Below, piece after piece: positions 35,414 through 46,354 of a DNA stretch of 64,000 bases. The translations under genes and the position numbers were made by a program. A model generated the notes under the pieces. The model saw only the letters and a list, made by a program, of their open reading frames with translations. It did no database searches and was not told where the DNA came from. The stretch is from a virus. Every line of letters starts with the position of its first letter. Within the stretch, counting starts at the first letter, position 1. The stretch lies in IMG/VR virus record IMGVR_UViG_3300047546_001733, positions 8,157 through 72,156 of that record; one strand, given 5' to 3'.

Positions 35414-37104
35414 GTACAATACAACAAAAACTTTATATTATTAATAATGGTACTCAGATTGAGATACCAGACTCCTACATTATCTCATTAGATGGTGGCT
35501 ACAATACTAGTTTTGAAGACACTAATCAGTTTACTCTTGGATTAGCCGCACCCACAACATCCAGAGTGAAACTAGTAAAACCAACGTCAGGGCAGTTTCC
35601 TGCCCTGACACAAATACTAGAAAGAGATTATAACTGGCGTATGTTACGGATTAAAATAACGTCGTCTATAGATGGTGGGGTGTTTACTACTACATTTGAT
35701 GGACTTTTTTTTGAGAGGAGTGAGGACACTGCTACGGTATCATTTATCTGTCGTGGTCCTCTAGACCTCATAAACATCATTAAAATACAGACGCCATTAC
35801 TGAGAAATCGGAAAGTAGCCACGTCGATTACAGACGTACCGAATGGGGCTACTAATCCGCAGATAGATAACTTACTAAATCAACAAAACCCAACAATTGC
35901 AAGTGGTTCATCTGTGGGTATAATAAATAGTATTCTCTGGTTAGCCGGTGGTAGACCACACAAATACGCCTCGCTATATACAGAACAATATACTACAGTG
36001 TCAAGTCAATTCCCTAAGTTTTACTTTGATTGTGAAAATTCAATAGTAAATCCCGAATGGATTTGGTTTAACTACGAGAATCTTTACAGCGACCTTTCTC
36101 AATTATGTAAATCTTCAGGTGGTGTATTAAAACAAGACACCGACGGGGTAGTTCGCTACTCAAATGTGTACTCCTTCCGAAAAGCATGGAGTGGTTTTAC
36201 ACTTACTGATAGTAATGCCACCAGTTTTACTTTAGGCGAGTCTGGTACTGAACCGTACTCGAAAGTAATTGTAACATTTACTCCCCGCTTTCTTTCCGGA
36301 AGTAAAGAAATCTATAAACAGAATTTTTCTGAATTTATACAGGCAGGTCAGTCAGTTGAGAGAGAAATTCAGTTTAGTCAACCTGTTTTTTCTTTGTTAA
36401 ACAAAACAGTTTCTGGGCAACTTTCAGACAGCATAGTCAATAACTCCTTTAATTCGGTAAAAGACTTTATTTCTGCGCTAGATGTTAAAGGTACAAAAAG
36501 GGTAGTTTACGCACGGGTACAACCGTATAGTGGACTATATATTGATAAGTATATAGCGACAAGCGGTATCGGTAACTTTGTAAAAGCACAAAATACAAAT
36601 GCGGTACCAAGTCAATCTATTAATTTGTATGTGGTAAACTCGGGATTAGCAGACTCTCCCACACTCTTTGTCGCCGATGTAACTTTATTTGGGAGAACGT
36701 TAGAGGCTTCAAAAACAGAAAACTATATTGACACGATAAATCAGTACCCGTCAATATCTGGATTTAAGCAGTTAACAATTCCGGACAATCCGTACATCCA
36801 GACAAAAAACGATGCAAAGCGTGTAGTGGATTTAACAAAGTATCTTTTAGAAAATCCAAGGCAAAAAATAACGGCTAACGACGTACCATACACAAGTGGA
36901 GTTTCTTTAGGTGACACCATATATGTAGACAGTGTCTCAACCACCGTGTCTGGTTATTTTAAGGTAACTAGTCTAAACTACACTCGTAATGGAGCCGCTA
37001 TGAATTTAGGACTAGTTTCTGTTTCAGGATTGTATCAATCTTCAGATTTTTTCACTATTGGTACAGCCTATAATGATAGTGACACAAAACGCTTGTCATT
37101 TTAA
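35410..37104 (+). CDS. Tail hub/minor tail protein
   Basis: DNPYIQ, LGDTI.V C-terminal hub pattern. Confidence 0.6.
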   Translation: MSTIQQKLYIINNGTQIEIPDSYIISLDGGYNTSFEDTNQFTLGLAAPTTSRVKLVKPTSGQFPALTQILERDYNWRMLRIKITSSIDGGVFTTTFDGLFFERSEDTATVSFICRGPLDLINIIKIQTPLLRNRKVATSITDVPNGATNPQIDNLLNQQNPTIASGSSVGIINSILWLAGGRPHKYASLYTEQYTTVSSQFPKFYFDCENSIVNPEWIWFNYENLYSDLSQLCKSSGGVLKQDTDGVVRYSNVYSFRKAWSGFTLTDSNATSFTLGESGTEPYSKVIVTFTPRFLSGSKEIYKQNFSEFIQAGQSVEREIQFSQPVFSLLNKTVSGQLSDSIVNNSFNSVKDFISALDVKGTKRVVYARVQPYSGLYIDKYIATSGIGNFVKAQNTNAVPSQSINLYVVNSGLADSPTLFVADVTLFGRTLEASKTENYIDTINQYPSISGFKQLTIPDNPYIQTKNDAKRVVDLTKYLLENPRQKITANDVPYTSGVSLGDTIYVDSVSTTVSGYFKVTSLNYTRNGAAMNLGLVSVSGLYQSSDFFTIGTAYNDSDTKRLSF

Positions 37105-37113
37105 GAGGTTTAG

Positions 37114-39492
37114 ATGCAATTTACGTTTGATTATCCCTCAAGATTCGAGGATGGACAGGCACTATCTGCCTACGATATTAATAAGTACAGACAAAACAAC
37201 GCACTTATCCGCAAGTTACTGTATAGTCCGCAACAACTTCCTATGGATTCTAATATATACTCACCTAAGTCAGTTCCTTTGCGTAGCTTATCTCTAGTTA
37301 AATCGCAGGAAACTCTTTGGATTGGTTCTTTCATGTATCGTACCGGTATGAAAAAAGCATACCTCGGTATGAGTATTTCTTTAGAAAACGCAATCACAAT
37401 TAACTCAGATATAAGTGTTAGTGCGAACACGGAATTATTCAACACAATGGGTCTAGGAATAATACTAAAGTACACTAATCTTACATATAAGCAAATACTT
37501 GCTAAAGGTGCTTCTCACTTCGGCTACTTCGATGCAGTTAATATACGCACGGCAATCGATACAGGAACTCCAATCTCAAACGGAAAAGGTATCGACTTTT
37601 TTGTAAAGAACGGGAGGGCATCTGCAAATGTAACCCCTAGTGGAACAGCGTGGCAAACGTTAGACCCCTCAAAAAGAATTACAACTATTGAGGTTGACCT
37701 CGAGGGCTATTCACGCGTTTTTCAAGACGGTGAGATTGTTCCTGTAAGTATTTTATTACTTGCCAGCACTAGTAATACTGATGCGGTGTTTTCTCAATCA
37801 ACCCCCGCAAATTTTCCAGATAGTGTATTAGTATATCCTTATGTTAAGCATACTATGTTTTATGCGGAGACTGATGGAGACCTGTCGTACAGTAAAAACT
37901 GGAGTGAAATACCCGCAGTAGTTACTTCTGGAACCTCAGTACTTTCGAAAAACAATCTAAATGCACTAAGTGATAAACAAACATACATAATTGAGCGTCT
38001 AAGTAATCGTCCCGGAATACTAACAGGCTCTGTAATGTATTATGGTACCTATGCAGGTACAATGGCACAGCGGTACATAAGCTATGACTTTGATAATCTG
38101 GATGAGTATTTTACGAAGAGTACCAATGTAGCTGAGGCTGGTACATCTCAGTCACAGGTAGCAAGAGCAACAACAACAAACGCAGAAACTACTCTGGCAA
38201 CTTTTGCGTGGAATCCATATTTAGATTATTACAATCAAATACTAGTTGACTACAAATTCTACGGTAATACCGACACAAAGCAGTTCATGATAGTTGAAAT
38301 ACCCAGTGCCCCGGTCGCCCAACCCCATTTACGTCAAACTGACGGCGATAATGGTTCTGGCGGTAAAATACTGGCTGGTAATCTATTTGGCGGTGCTAAA
38401 TATGTCAAAAGTCCCGAAGCCGCAACCCTTGCAGATGTTTCTTGGTCTTACCCAGCGACCGCCGTAAAAAATATATACGACGCTATCTACACAACTAGTT
38501 CTATCAGCAATCCTCTTTACAAAATATATCCATTTCAAGTAAGAATACCAAGCCCTTCTACGCCGGTGTTTAAACTTGAAGACGATGAGTATAAATATGA
38601 TTCCTATTTTCGTAAGGGATTCTATCAGGACACTACCGCAATTACATTCACTTCTGGAGAGACTTCAGGCTCCTACCGAAAGTGGAAACTTCCAAAGGCG
38701 TTTGATGAAACAACCTCAGGTACATTTACTTCTCAAATAGGGTTTATTGCAGAAATTTCTGGTAATCTACTTCCATTTCCTCTTTCAGAATCGTATGAAT
38801 ACCAGAGAGTTGCGAACTACAATAACTCTGAATGGTCTTGGGTCGCACCCGTAAGTGGTACTGCTGGCTACCGCCCAATATACATAAATCTGTACGACCA
38901 TAGTTTTAATAAAATTGCTAAGAAGGCAAATTACATTTCTTTTATGCACCTAATCAGTGCCTCTGCATTTAATTCGGTTAATCTTGTCTATTCAGTTGAC
39001 TCGGAGTTAGATGGTAATTCACTTACAACATACTCAGGTCTAAGAACAACTATATCCGGAATTAATAGTGACTTAGACACATTTTATACAAATTTATTCC
39101 AGAGTAATCCACATTTTTCTCGATATCAGATGTTCTGGGGAGCACCTCAAAGTTTTGTGAATAGTCAAAATATTATTCAGGAATACACTAAGAAATTTTT
39201 TATGTTTACTCAATCAAGAAAAGGTGACATACTTATTGTACGTGGGAGAAATGTTAATTTAAATTACGGCTCATTGAATCAAATAACTCGTTCTGGTGAC
39301 CCAGCAGGTTCATTTATCTCTCCCAATGACGTTGATGTTTCTTTTGAGAAAACACAAAATTTAATTAGTAGCGATACAGAACAAACAATTATCTATAACT
39401 TAAGTAACGCCGATGGACTTGCTTACGGACAGCAATATTATCTTACAGGTGACATTATTTATGCCGCCGAGTTTTTTGAGGAGCCATCATGA
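37114..39492 (+). CDS. Minor tail protein
   Basis: 792 aa S/T/Y-rich ORF in the tail operon. Confidence 0.55.
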   Translation: MQFTFDYPSRFEDGQALSAYDINKYRQNNALIRKLLYSPQQLPMDSNIYSPKSVPLRSLSLVKSQETLWIGSFMYRTGMKKAYLGMSISLENAITINSDISVSANTELFNTMGLGIILKYTNLTYKQILAKGASHFGYFDAVNIRTAIDTGTPISNGKGIDFFVKNGRASANVTPSGTAWQTLDPSKRITTIEVDLEGYSRVFQDGEIVPVSILLLASTSNTDAVFSQSTPANFPDSVLVYPYVKHTMFYAETDGDLSYSKNWSEIPAVVTSGTSVLSKNNLNALSDKQTYIIERLSNRPGILTGSVMYYGTYAGTMAQRYISYDFDNLDEYFTKSTNVAEAGTSQSQVARATTTNAETTLATFAWNPYLDYYNQILVDYKFYGNTDTKQFMIVEIPSAPVAQPHLRQTDGDNGSGGKILAGNLFGGAKYVKSPEAATLADVSWSYPATAVKNIYDAIYTTSSISNPLYKIYPFQVRIPSPSTPVFKLEDDEYKYDSYFRKGFYQDTTAITFTSGETSGSYRKWKLPKAFDETTSGTFTSQIGFIAEISGNLLPFPLSESYEYQRVANYNNSEWSWVAPVSGTAGYRPIYINLYDHSFNKIAKKANYISFMHLISASAFNSVNLVYSVDSELDGNSLTTYSGLRTTISGINSDLDTFYTNLFQSNPHFSRYQMFWGAPQSFVNSQNIIQEYTKKFFMFTQSRKGDILIVRGRNVNLNYGSLNQITRSGDPAGSFISPNDVDVSFEKTQNLISSDTEQTIIYNLSNADGLAYGQQYYLTGDIIYAAEFFEEPS

Positions 39493-41357
39493 CCGACATA
39501 AAAAATAAACCACTTTCAGTGATAGATGCCGCTCTTGATAAAGAGGCTTCATACCCACCAACTAATAAATCTATTTTTAATCCGTACACTGGTGGTATAA
39601 TTAAAATAGACTCTGTTGACTCTATAGCCTCCTCATTCAGTATTTTTACGGGGAAAACATTTACCCCATCAACAGTACTACTTAAAGATAATGTTACACT
39701 GCGTTTAGGCATCCCTACTTTTATCGTGCGCTTAAAGAAAGTAAATACTCTTTACTATAAATTTCGAATTTTTTTCAGTTTGTCGCCTACTGACTTTTAT
39801 GGTACTCTCGGTAACTCTAGTAAAGAAACATACTGCGATGTGAATTTGTTTACTGACATCACTGGTACTAACGTACTCCCTTCACTAGGTTATGTAGCCC
39901 AGACAGAAGTAAGCAACGCAAAAGTATTAACGAGTTTACTTAGTCTGTATACTATTGACGAAATTATTAGTAAAATCGACACCATAAAAAATAATACGTA
40001 CACAACACTTAATGATAAGGTAGCGGCTATATATGCAAACTTAGATTTTCTTCAAATATATGCACAAATATCGCCTTTAACAATTAATCCAAATCCAGCG
40101 GGAGTTGATGCTGATTACCATAACTCTTACCGAGAGCCTACATTATTAGCCGCCCAGTTTACTCTTATTGAGTCTGGTTTATCCATGCCATCATTACCAA
40201 CATTGTCCGCAAATAAACTTAAGTTTTCTTTAAAGACAAAAAACATAAAGTCAGTGAAACTTAAGATAAGCCTAGGAAATTCCACAGGAACATCCGCAAC
40301 ATTTTTAGACTCGGTAACGAGAGTAATTAAACTTGACTTAAATAGTCCATATGTTACATTGACTACAAGTAATGACGGTTTTAATTTAGCATCGGTAGTA
40401 TACCCACTTGAGAACCTAAGCACTGCCGAACTCGACGGCGGTATTCTTTTTGATGTAAATAAACTCACCACAGCGTTTAACTACCAACTTGATGGGTTAC
40501 CAGTAGATTCTTTTAATACTAATCTACTTCAACTCAAAAATGTAATTGTAGAATTTGAGAGTGCTGACTCTGCAAATGGTGTTGTGCTAACAAATTTAGC
40601 CCCGTACTTCAGTGGCGTGGTAAAGTACGTATTGTCTATGTCGGCGTTAAATGCGGTAAACTCTATAGGAAAACCAGCAATTATTGCTCAGCGAAAGTCT
40701 AATTTTATTTATGTTTCAAATAGTAGTGTAACCCAATCTACACGAGGTGCGGCTTCGTTAAAAATAAACGTAAACAGTAGCACGCAACTAAAAGATTTTC
40801 TCGGTTTTTTAGTCGTGTTAAAAAACGCCGCAGGTACTTTAGTATACTCTAAGATATTTACCGTAAGTGAGATGGTGTCAACAAACAAAACTCAGACAAA
40901 TTTTTCATTGTCTATGCCAATAGACACGGCAGTAAACTATGTAGGTAATGTTTCCATCTACTCACTGGGTACTATATTTTCAACATCCACCGAATACTTT
41001 GCTGGTCTGCCGAAGATAACACTTAGTACACTCATTACAAAAGGAAATATTGTTTACAATACCAAAAAAAACTTCCTTAGTTTTAAAGGTCTCGCAACAG
41101 CACTTCCATTTGAAGGATTAGTTCGTATGCGGGTAACATACCCACCACGAGAAAAATCAACTATTAAAACACCGGTAGAGCGTGATTTTAGTATTCTACC
41201 GTCGTTAGCATTTCAGTACCCAACTGGACTAGAAGGAACTACTTGGAGTAATGTACTTGTTTACCCAACAGTAACGTTTGCATTTACAATACCCTCGGTA
41301 AATTACTCGAGTTCATTTATCAACACAAACAATTTAGGGAGTATAACATGGACATAG
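39489..41357 (+). CDS. Minor tail protein
   Basis: 622 aa beta-rich ORF, ATGA overlap. Confidence 0.55.
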   Translation: MTDIKNKPLSVIDAALDKEASYPPTNKSIFNPYTGGIIKIDSVDSIASSFSIFTGKTFTPSTVLLKDNVTLRLGIPTFIVRLKKVNTLYYKFRIFFSLSPTDFYGTLGNSSKETYCDVNLFTDITGTNVLPSLGYVAQTEVSNAKVLTSLLSLYTIDEIISKIDTIKNNTYTTLNDKVAAIYANLDFLQIYAQISPLTINPNPAGVDADYHNSYREPTLLAAQFTLIESGLSMPSLPTLSANKLKFSLKTKNIKSVKLKISLGNSTGTSATFLDSVTRVIKLDLNSPYVTLTTSNDGFNLASVVYPLENLSTAELDGGILFDVNKLTTAFNYQLDGLPVDSFNTNLLQLKNVIVEFESADSANGVVLTNLAPYFSGVVKYVLSMSALNAVNSIGKPAIIAQRKSNFIYVSNSSVTQSTRGAASLKINVNSSTQLKDFLGFLVVLKNAAGTLVYSKIFTVSEMVSTNKTQTNFSLSMPIDTAVNYVGNVSIYSLGTIFSTSTEYFAGLPKITLSTLITKGNIVYNTKKNFLSFKGLATALPFEGLVRMRVTYPPREKSTIKTPVERDFSILPSLAFQYPTGLEGTTWSNVLVYPTVTFAFTIPSVNYSSSFINTNNLGSITWT

Positions 41358-43216
41358 ACCCAGATATTTATGTACCGAGTGAATCGCCTGAGAGAGAGTT
41401 TATTTATAACAACGAGACTCAGGAACTTATTTATCAAGTTCCGCTTGCCTTCACTCGGTACAATATAAAAAGAAACGCCGATGAACTCTACAACGATGAC
41501 TCATCACAGTATTTTACATATAGTGGTAGTTGGAATGTTACTACTGTTTCGAGAGAAAAAGATAATAGATATAAGAATATTAGCTTAAAAGCGTACTCTG
41601 GTGATTCTTTTAAGTTTTATTTAAACGTAGGCGCAGTAATTACTGAGTCTGGATTCTACCTAAGCGGTCCAGTAACTACTTCAGGAGTTTATAAAACTTT
41701 CACAGCGTATTCTGGAGAAAATGATGCAGTTACTAATGCAGTTACATTTACTGCCCCGACAGATAACACAAGTGTGTACACAATGCCGTCGGTTGAAAAC
41801 CTACGCTATATGCGCTTGTATCACTCCCCAATAACTGCGAGTGGTACATACCGTATCTATCAGTTTCTTCCACGCACGCTTATCCAAGTAGATGATTTAG
41901 AGGCGGACGTAATTGACACAGTTACACTACGAGTATCTGATAGCATTGTTATCGGACCAAATCTTATTGAAGATAAGTCTATCCTTGGTCGTAAGATTGC
42001 TGACGGTACCGTATCAGGTGTGTTAATTACAGATGGTACAGTAACCGGAAGTAAGATTGTTGCAAACACAATCTCGGGCGCACTCATTACTGCGGGTACA
42101 ATTACAGGAGATAAAATAACCGCCTCAACTATATCCGGCAGTCTTATAGCGGCGAACACAATTACCGCCAATAAACTGTCAGTAAGTCAATTAGATGCCG
42201 TTGCAGGTAATATGGGTACTCTTGTAGTTAACAGCGGGATAACTGTCTCCGCAAGCGGATATATATCTGCCGGTAAAACAACAATTAATGCAAGCGGTAT
42301 TACTATCGGCAATCTCTCTTCTACAAATGACGTTGTAGACTCATTAAAAATTATTGGTTCAGGTACTGTTGGGGACATAGTAGGTATTGCATTCTTCAAC
42401 GGTGCTCAAAGCCCTACGATACCAGTAGCATCCTTGCGGTTAGACGGTGTAAACACTCTTGAAATTGCAAACGAAGTTTCGAGTAATAACGCCTCGATTC
42501 ACATGAATTTCAATGAAAACTACACCGGTGCGTTTCGTGTAATTAACGGAGACATTGACATATCAAGGACACCGAGCAGTCCTTCCGACATCGCTCCGGG
42601 TGCAGTACGTGGTTACGATTCAGATGGCACTAACCTGTACGAACTGAGTGCCGATGGGATATATTTAATGTCTACGGCTGGTGCATCTGTATTTAGTGTC
42701 GCTACAAGCACTGGGGCGGTCACGGTTACGGGGGACGTAGCCGTTAACACAAACAAAGTAAGTATCACAGCGTCAAATGGAAATACCAATATTCGTGGTA
42801 ATGTAACAGTAAGTGGGAGTATCTCGCATAGGGACGCAGGAATTTTATCAAGGTCTGCGGGGCAGACTGTCAATGCTGGTACTTCTGCAAGAGTGCAACT
42901 AAACGTTGCTGGTACCGGCAATATTTTAGGGAACGCAACAACATACGAAGTTACTGTTACTAATGCCGGTCTTTACATTGTAAACGCCGCCGTGACTTCT
43001 ACTACCACTAACTTACCATGGAATGTGCGCCAAAACGCCACCAGCTTTACAACGGGTACGCAAATGTTACCCGGTCTTACATTTAGCGACGGGCGGTCAC
43101 TTAATACAACTATATTTTATTTAAGTGCTAATGATACTGTAGGGCTTTTTGTAAATAATACTGGCGGTAGTTCTGCTAGCGTAACTGGTGCCTTAAGAGT
43201 AGTGAGGTTAACATGA
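41348..43216 (+). CDS. Tail fiber / receptor-binding protein
   Basis: 10-aa IxxxT[IV]xGxx beta-helix repeats; C1q-like C-terminal tip (GLYIVNA...LSANDTVGL). Confidence 0.75.
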   Translation: MDIDPDIYVPSESPEREFIYNNETQELIYQVPLAFTRYNIKRNADELYNDDSSQYFTYSGSWNVTTVSREKDNRYKNISLKAYSGDSFKFYLNVGAVITESGFYLSGPVTTSGVYKTFTAYSGENDAVTNAVTFTAPTDNTSVYTMPSVENLRYMRLYHSPITASGTYRIYQFLPRTLIQVDDLEADVIDTVTLRVSDSIVIGPNLIEDKSILGRKIADGTVSGVLITDGTVTGSKIVANTISGALITAGTITGDKITASTISGSLIAANTITANKLSVSQLDAVAGNMGTLVVNSGITVSASGYISAGKTTINASGITIGNLSSTNDVVDSLKIIGSGTVGDIVGIAFFNGAQSPTIPVASLRLDGVNTLEIANEVSSNNASIHMNFNENYTGAFRVINGDIDISRTPSSPSDIAPGAVRGYDSDGTNLYELSADGIYLMSTAGASVFSVATSTGAVTVTGDVAVNTNKVSITASNGNTNIRGNVTVSGSISHRDAGILSRSAGQTVNAGTSARVQLNVAGTGNILGNATTYEVTVTNAGLYIVNAAVTSTTTNLPWNVRQNATSFTTGTQMLPGLTFSDGRSLNTTIFYLSANDTVGLFVNNTGGSSASVTGALRVVRLT

Positions 43217-43485
43217 GAGTTATTGAAATTTTCCCTGTGGTACGCTGGATTGAGATTGATTCTACGGGAGTAGAGCGTATTGAACCCCATGAACAGTGGG
43301 CTTTGGACGTAATTAGAAAAGAGCGGAACCGACTTCTTAGTGAGTCAGACTGGAGAGTTCTACCAGACTCCCCAATAACTAATAAAAATGAATGGTATGC
43401 GTATCGACAAGCCCTTCGTGATTTTCCTGAATTAGTTCTACAGAACAAATTTAATGAAGTCCAGTGGGCAACACCACCGAGTTGA
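43213..43485 (+). CDS. Tail fiber assembly chaperone
   Basis: IRKERNRLLSESDW..LPDSP...W..YRQALRD.P. Confidence 0.85.
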   Translation: MRVIEIFPVVRWIEIDSTGVERIEPHEQWALDVIRKERNRLLSESDWRVLPDSPITNKNEWYAYRQALRDFPELVLQNKFNEVQWATPPS

Positions 43486-43518
43486 CAAAAACAAAAAACA
43501 GAGGTATAATACAGTATA

Positions 43519-44094
43519 ATGATAACAACAGCTACTAACATGGACTACTTTATTGATTCGGTTCGCCTGAGGCTTGGTGACTTTGATGGCACAGCGTACT
43601 CAGACGCATTAATACGCACCGCAATTATCAGCGCAGTAAAGTTTCTCCAAAAACAGTGGAGAAGTAAATATCAGGTTGTCGCATCCGGAACATACGTAGT
43701 TAATCATGATGCACCGCCCGGATTTACTTATGCCTCAACAGTGAATGGATTTGCTTTTATTCCATCGGGGTTAAACGTCAACGATGTTTTCCGTAACCCT
43801 TATATTGAATTTACGCAACCCGAGCCACCGCTTATCGAGCAAAATGATGAAGACGCAATTGTTCTTGCCACGGCGTACATTGTACATCTTGCAAAACTAA
43901 CAAACTCGTCTTCGGCGTTTGTTTCGTGGAGCACAGAGGATATTCGTTTTACGAACACCACAGCGGCTAACACTATGAAATCAGTGCTGGACACATTCCA
44001 AAAAGAATTGGACACAATGTTTAAGACAAGAATTGCCATGCCTATTGTAAGTCGCCAGCCACTAAATATTATTACGGGTACAAAAGTGTACTAA
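43519..44094 (+). CDS. Head-tail connector-like protein
   Basis: IDSVRLRLGD....SD..I pattern; own TTGACA/TATAAT promoter at 43482-43510. Confidence 0.55.
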   Translation: MITTATNMDYFIDSVRLRLGDFDGTAYSDALIRTAIISAVKFLQKQWRSKYQVVASGTYVVNHDAPPGFTYASTVNGFAFIPSGLNVNDVFRNPYIEFTQPEPPLIEQNDEDAIVLATAYIVHLAKLTNSSSAFVSWSTEDIRFTNTTAANTMKSVLDTFQKELDTMFKTRIAMPIVSRQPLNIITGTKVY

Positions 44095-44105
44095 AAGGAG
44101 AATGT

Positions 44106-45290
44106 ATGTCAAGGAAAGTACAAAAAATGTTGTATGTGGGGGATTTTCCAGTTCCAACTGGGTTCGGGGTAGTTTCTAAAAATCTGGTTTCTCATTTTAA
44201 AAAGCATTATGATATGCACATTATTGGAATCAACTATTACGGAGACTACGACCCAGAAATTGAAGGTCTAAAAGTATATCCCGCATCGGCTGGTAACGGT
44301 GATGTCTTTGGTGTAGACAAGTTTTTTCAAATTCTTCAGCAGGTTCGTCCAGATGTTTGTTTTATTCTAAACGACGTGTGGATTGGTATGGAGTATGGTG
44401 CTAAAATCAAAGAATTCAAAACCGATAATCCAGAAGCAAAAACAATGTTTGTACTCTATACACCTATTGATGCAGAGAATATTAAACCAATGTTTGTTGA
44501 GGGCATTTCCCCGTATGATAAAGTTATAACATACACAAACTTTGGTAAAACTCAGTTAGAATTAGGTGGGTACAAAGGTAAAATTGATGTAGTTCCGCAT
44601 GGTGTAGACACCAGTGTTTTTAAACCAATGGATAAAAAAGAAGTTCGCAAAGCGATGAACATTGGTGTTGACGATTATATCGTGCTTAATGTAAGTAGAA
44701 ATCAGCCCCGAAAAAAACTAGACTTGTTCTTTTTTATTTTCTCTGAGTGGGTGAAACGGTATAATCTACCTCCTAATGTACGTTGTTATTATCACGGCGC
44801 ACTTCGGGACGTAGGTATTGATATTATGCAGTGGGTTGAGTATCTTGGAATTCAAGATAGATTGGTAATTTCAAACCCAAATCTCACAGCAAATCGAGGT
44901 CTTTCTGAACAAAGCATGAACATGGTATACAACAGTGCCGATGTATTTTTTACAACAACAGCGGCTGAGGGTTGGGGGTTACCAATTGCGGAGGCTATGT
45001 CTACTGGAGTTCCCGCAATTCTACCGAATCACTCTGCTCTTCCGGAGTGGACAGCGGGTAAAGCTCAGTTTGTCCCAGTGTACCCATTTCCTAGTTTAGC
45101 TGACAGGGGTCTTAATACTATTCATCACATTATTAACGTGGACGAAGCGGTTAAGTCACTTCAGTTTATGTACGCAAACGAGGAAGCAAGAAAAAATCTA
45201 GGTCGTGATTCCTACAAACACATGACTCGTGGAGAGTTTAATTGGAAAAATATAGCGGCTAGGTTTATGGAGATTTTCAAGAATGGTTGA
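44106..45290 (+). CDS. GT4-family glycosyltransferase
   Basis: PTGFG, PHGVD, RNQPRK, EGWGLPIAEAM. Confidence 0.9.
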   Translation: MSRKVQKMLYVGDFPVPTGFGVVSKNLVSHFKKHYDMHIIGINYYGDYDPEIEGLKVYPASAGNGDVFGVDKFFQILQQVRPDVCFILNDVWIGMEYGAKIKEFKTDNPEAKTMFVLYTPIDAENIKPMFVEGISPYDKVITYTNFGKTQLELGGYKGKIDVVPHGVDTSVFKPMDKKEVRKAMNIGVDDYIVLNVSRNQPRKKLDLFFFIFSEWVKRYNLPPNVRCYYHGALRDVGIDIMQWVEYLGIQDRLVISNPNLTANRGLSEQSMNMVYNSADVFFTTTAAEGWGLPIAEAMSTGVPAILPNHSALPEWTAGKAQFVPVYPFPSLADRGLNTIHHIINVDEAVKSLQFMYANEEARKNLGRDSYKHMTRGEFNWKNIAARFMEIFKNG

Positions 45291-45438
45291 TTACGAAGGT
45301 ATAACTAAGAAGTATGCAAGACGGCTCTTGACAAAGTTGGAAGAACTTGGTATACTTAATAGTGTTGTACGGAAATATATTCTGGATGAGTTAAATAACC
45401 TTGCCCGTGAATTATCCGCAAACAATAAATCTAATTAA
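45283..45438 (+). CDS. 51-aa hypothetical protein containing an internal promoter
   Basis: GGAG RBS; TTGACA-17-TATACT at ~45328-45356 inside the ORF. Confidence 0.55.
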   Translation: MVDYEGITKKYARRLLTKLEELGILNSVVRKYILDELNNLARELSANNKSN

Positions 45439-45463
45439 TTAATGTAGAGGAGTATGTAATCGT

Positions 45464-46294
45464 ATGGGATTTGGTAAAATGTTGAACAATGCTGTAAGTG
45501 GAGCATCTTCAGGTGGCTCAAGCAATCGTATGCCAAATGCGTTTTTGGATGTTCGTGAGGGTAAGCGAACTTTCCGATTTATCCCTGACCCAAGTAATCC
45601 GCAGGAACCCCTGCAAGGTGAGATTGTGCTCAGTCTCTGGATGCCAGTAAAGCGGGCAGAAGTCATGCAGGAACGGCGTGTATTCATTGATGACTCGATG
45701 CGTAAAATTATCCCTGATGGTTTGAAGGAAAAGATTAAGCGTCGTTTCTTCCTTAATGTTTACGACCGGACTCGGGTGGTCAAGTTGGATGATGGAACTA
45801 TTGTGTACCCTAATTTGCAAAATGCGTACTTTCATAAAGATAGCGCAACCCAGCAAATGAAGCAACTTACTGGCGCACAACCAAAACCAAATAACACAGT
45901 AATGGTACTCGAGGGTAGTGTGAGTCTTCGGACGACTTCTTCCCGTGGTGGTTTGTTGAATGAGATTGACGACCTTAGTCGTACTATCTATAACGAGGAT
46001 GGTACATCGCTTATTCCTATTACCAGTGTTGACATCGAGATGGTTACCCGTGGTACAGGATTGGCTACATCTCGTTCAGTACACCCCGGTATGAATCGAG
46101 AACCGTTTCCGGTAGACTCGGCTACTTTGCAGGTGTACGATTTGGCAAACTACACACGTCCCTACCCAGTAGATGCAATTAATGCACTACTCAGTGGTGT
46201 TGACTACAACGAAGTTATGAAGTCCTACAATATACCGATGATGCCTCAGTTAATTTCGGCGGGGACATCTGAATCTGACGATTCAATCTTTTGA
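45464..46294 (+). CDS. Single-stranded DNA-binding protein (gp32-like)
   Basis: G.RTFRFIP, RFFLNVYDR, acidic C-terminus ending in F; terminator at 46314-46343. Confidence 0.65.
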   Translation: MGFGKMLNNAVSGASSGGSSNRMPNAFLDVREGKRTFRFIPDPSNPQEPLQGEIVLSLWMPVKRAEVMQERRVFIDDSMRKIIPDGLKEKIKRRFFLNVYDRTRVVKLDDGTIVYPNLQNAYFHKDSATQQMKQLTGAQPKPNNTVMVLEGSVSLRTTSSRGGLLNEIDDLSRTIYNEDGTSLIPITSVDIEMVTRGTGLATSRSVHPGMNREPFPVDSATLQVYDLANYTRPYPVDAINALLSGVDYNEVMKSYNIPMMPQLISAGTSESDDSIF

Positions 46295-46354
46295 TTAGTG
46301 TGTTACAATTTAGTGGGGTGCCGAAAGGCACCCCATCTATTTTAGTTAGAAGGA

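Noticed and set aside
41348-43216. Diversity-generating retroelement targeting the tail fiber
   Set aside because: No reverse transcriptase and no template/variable repeat pair seen.
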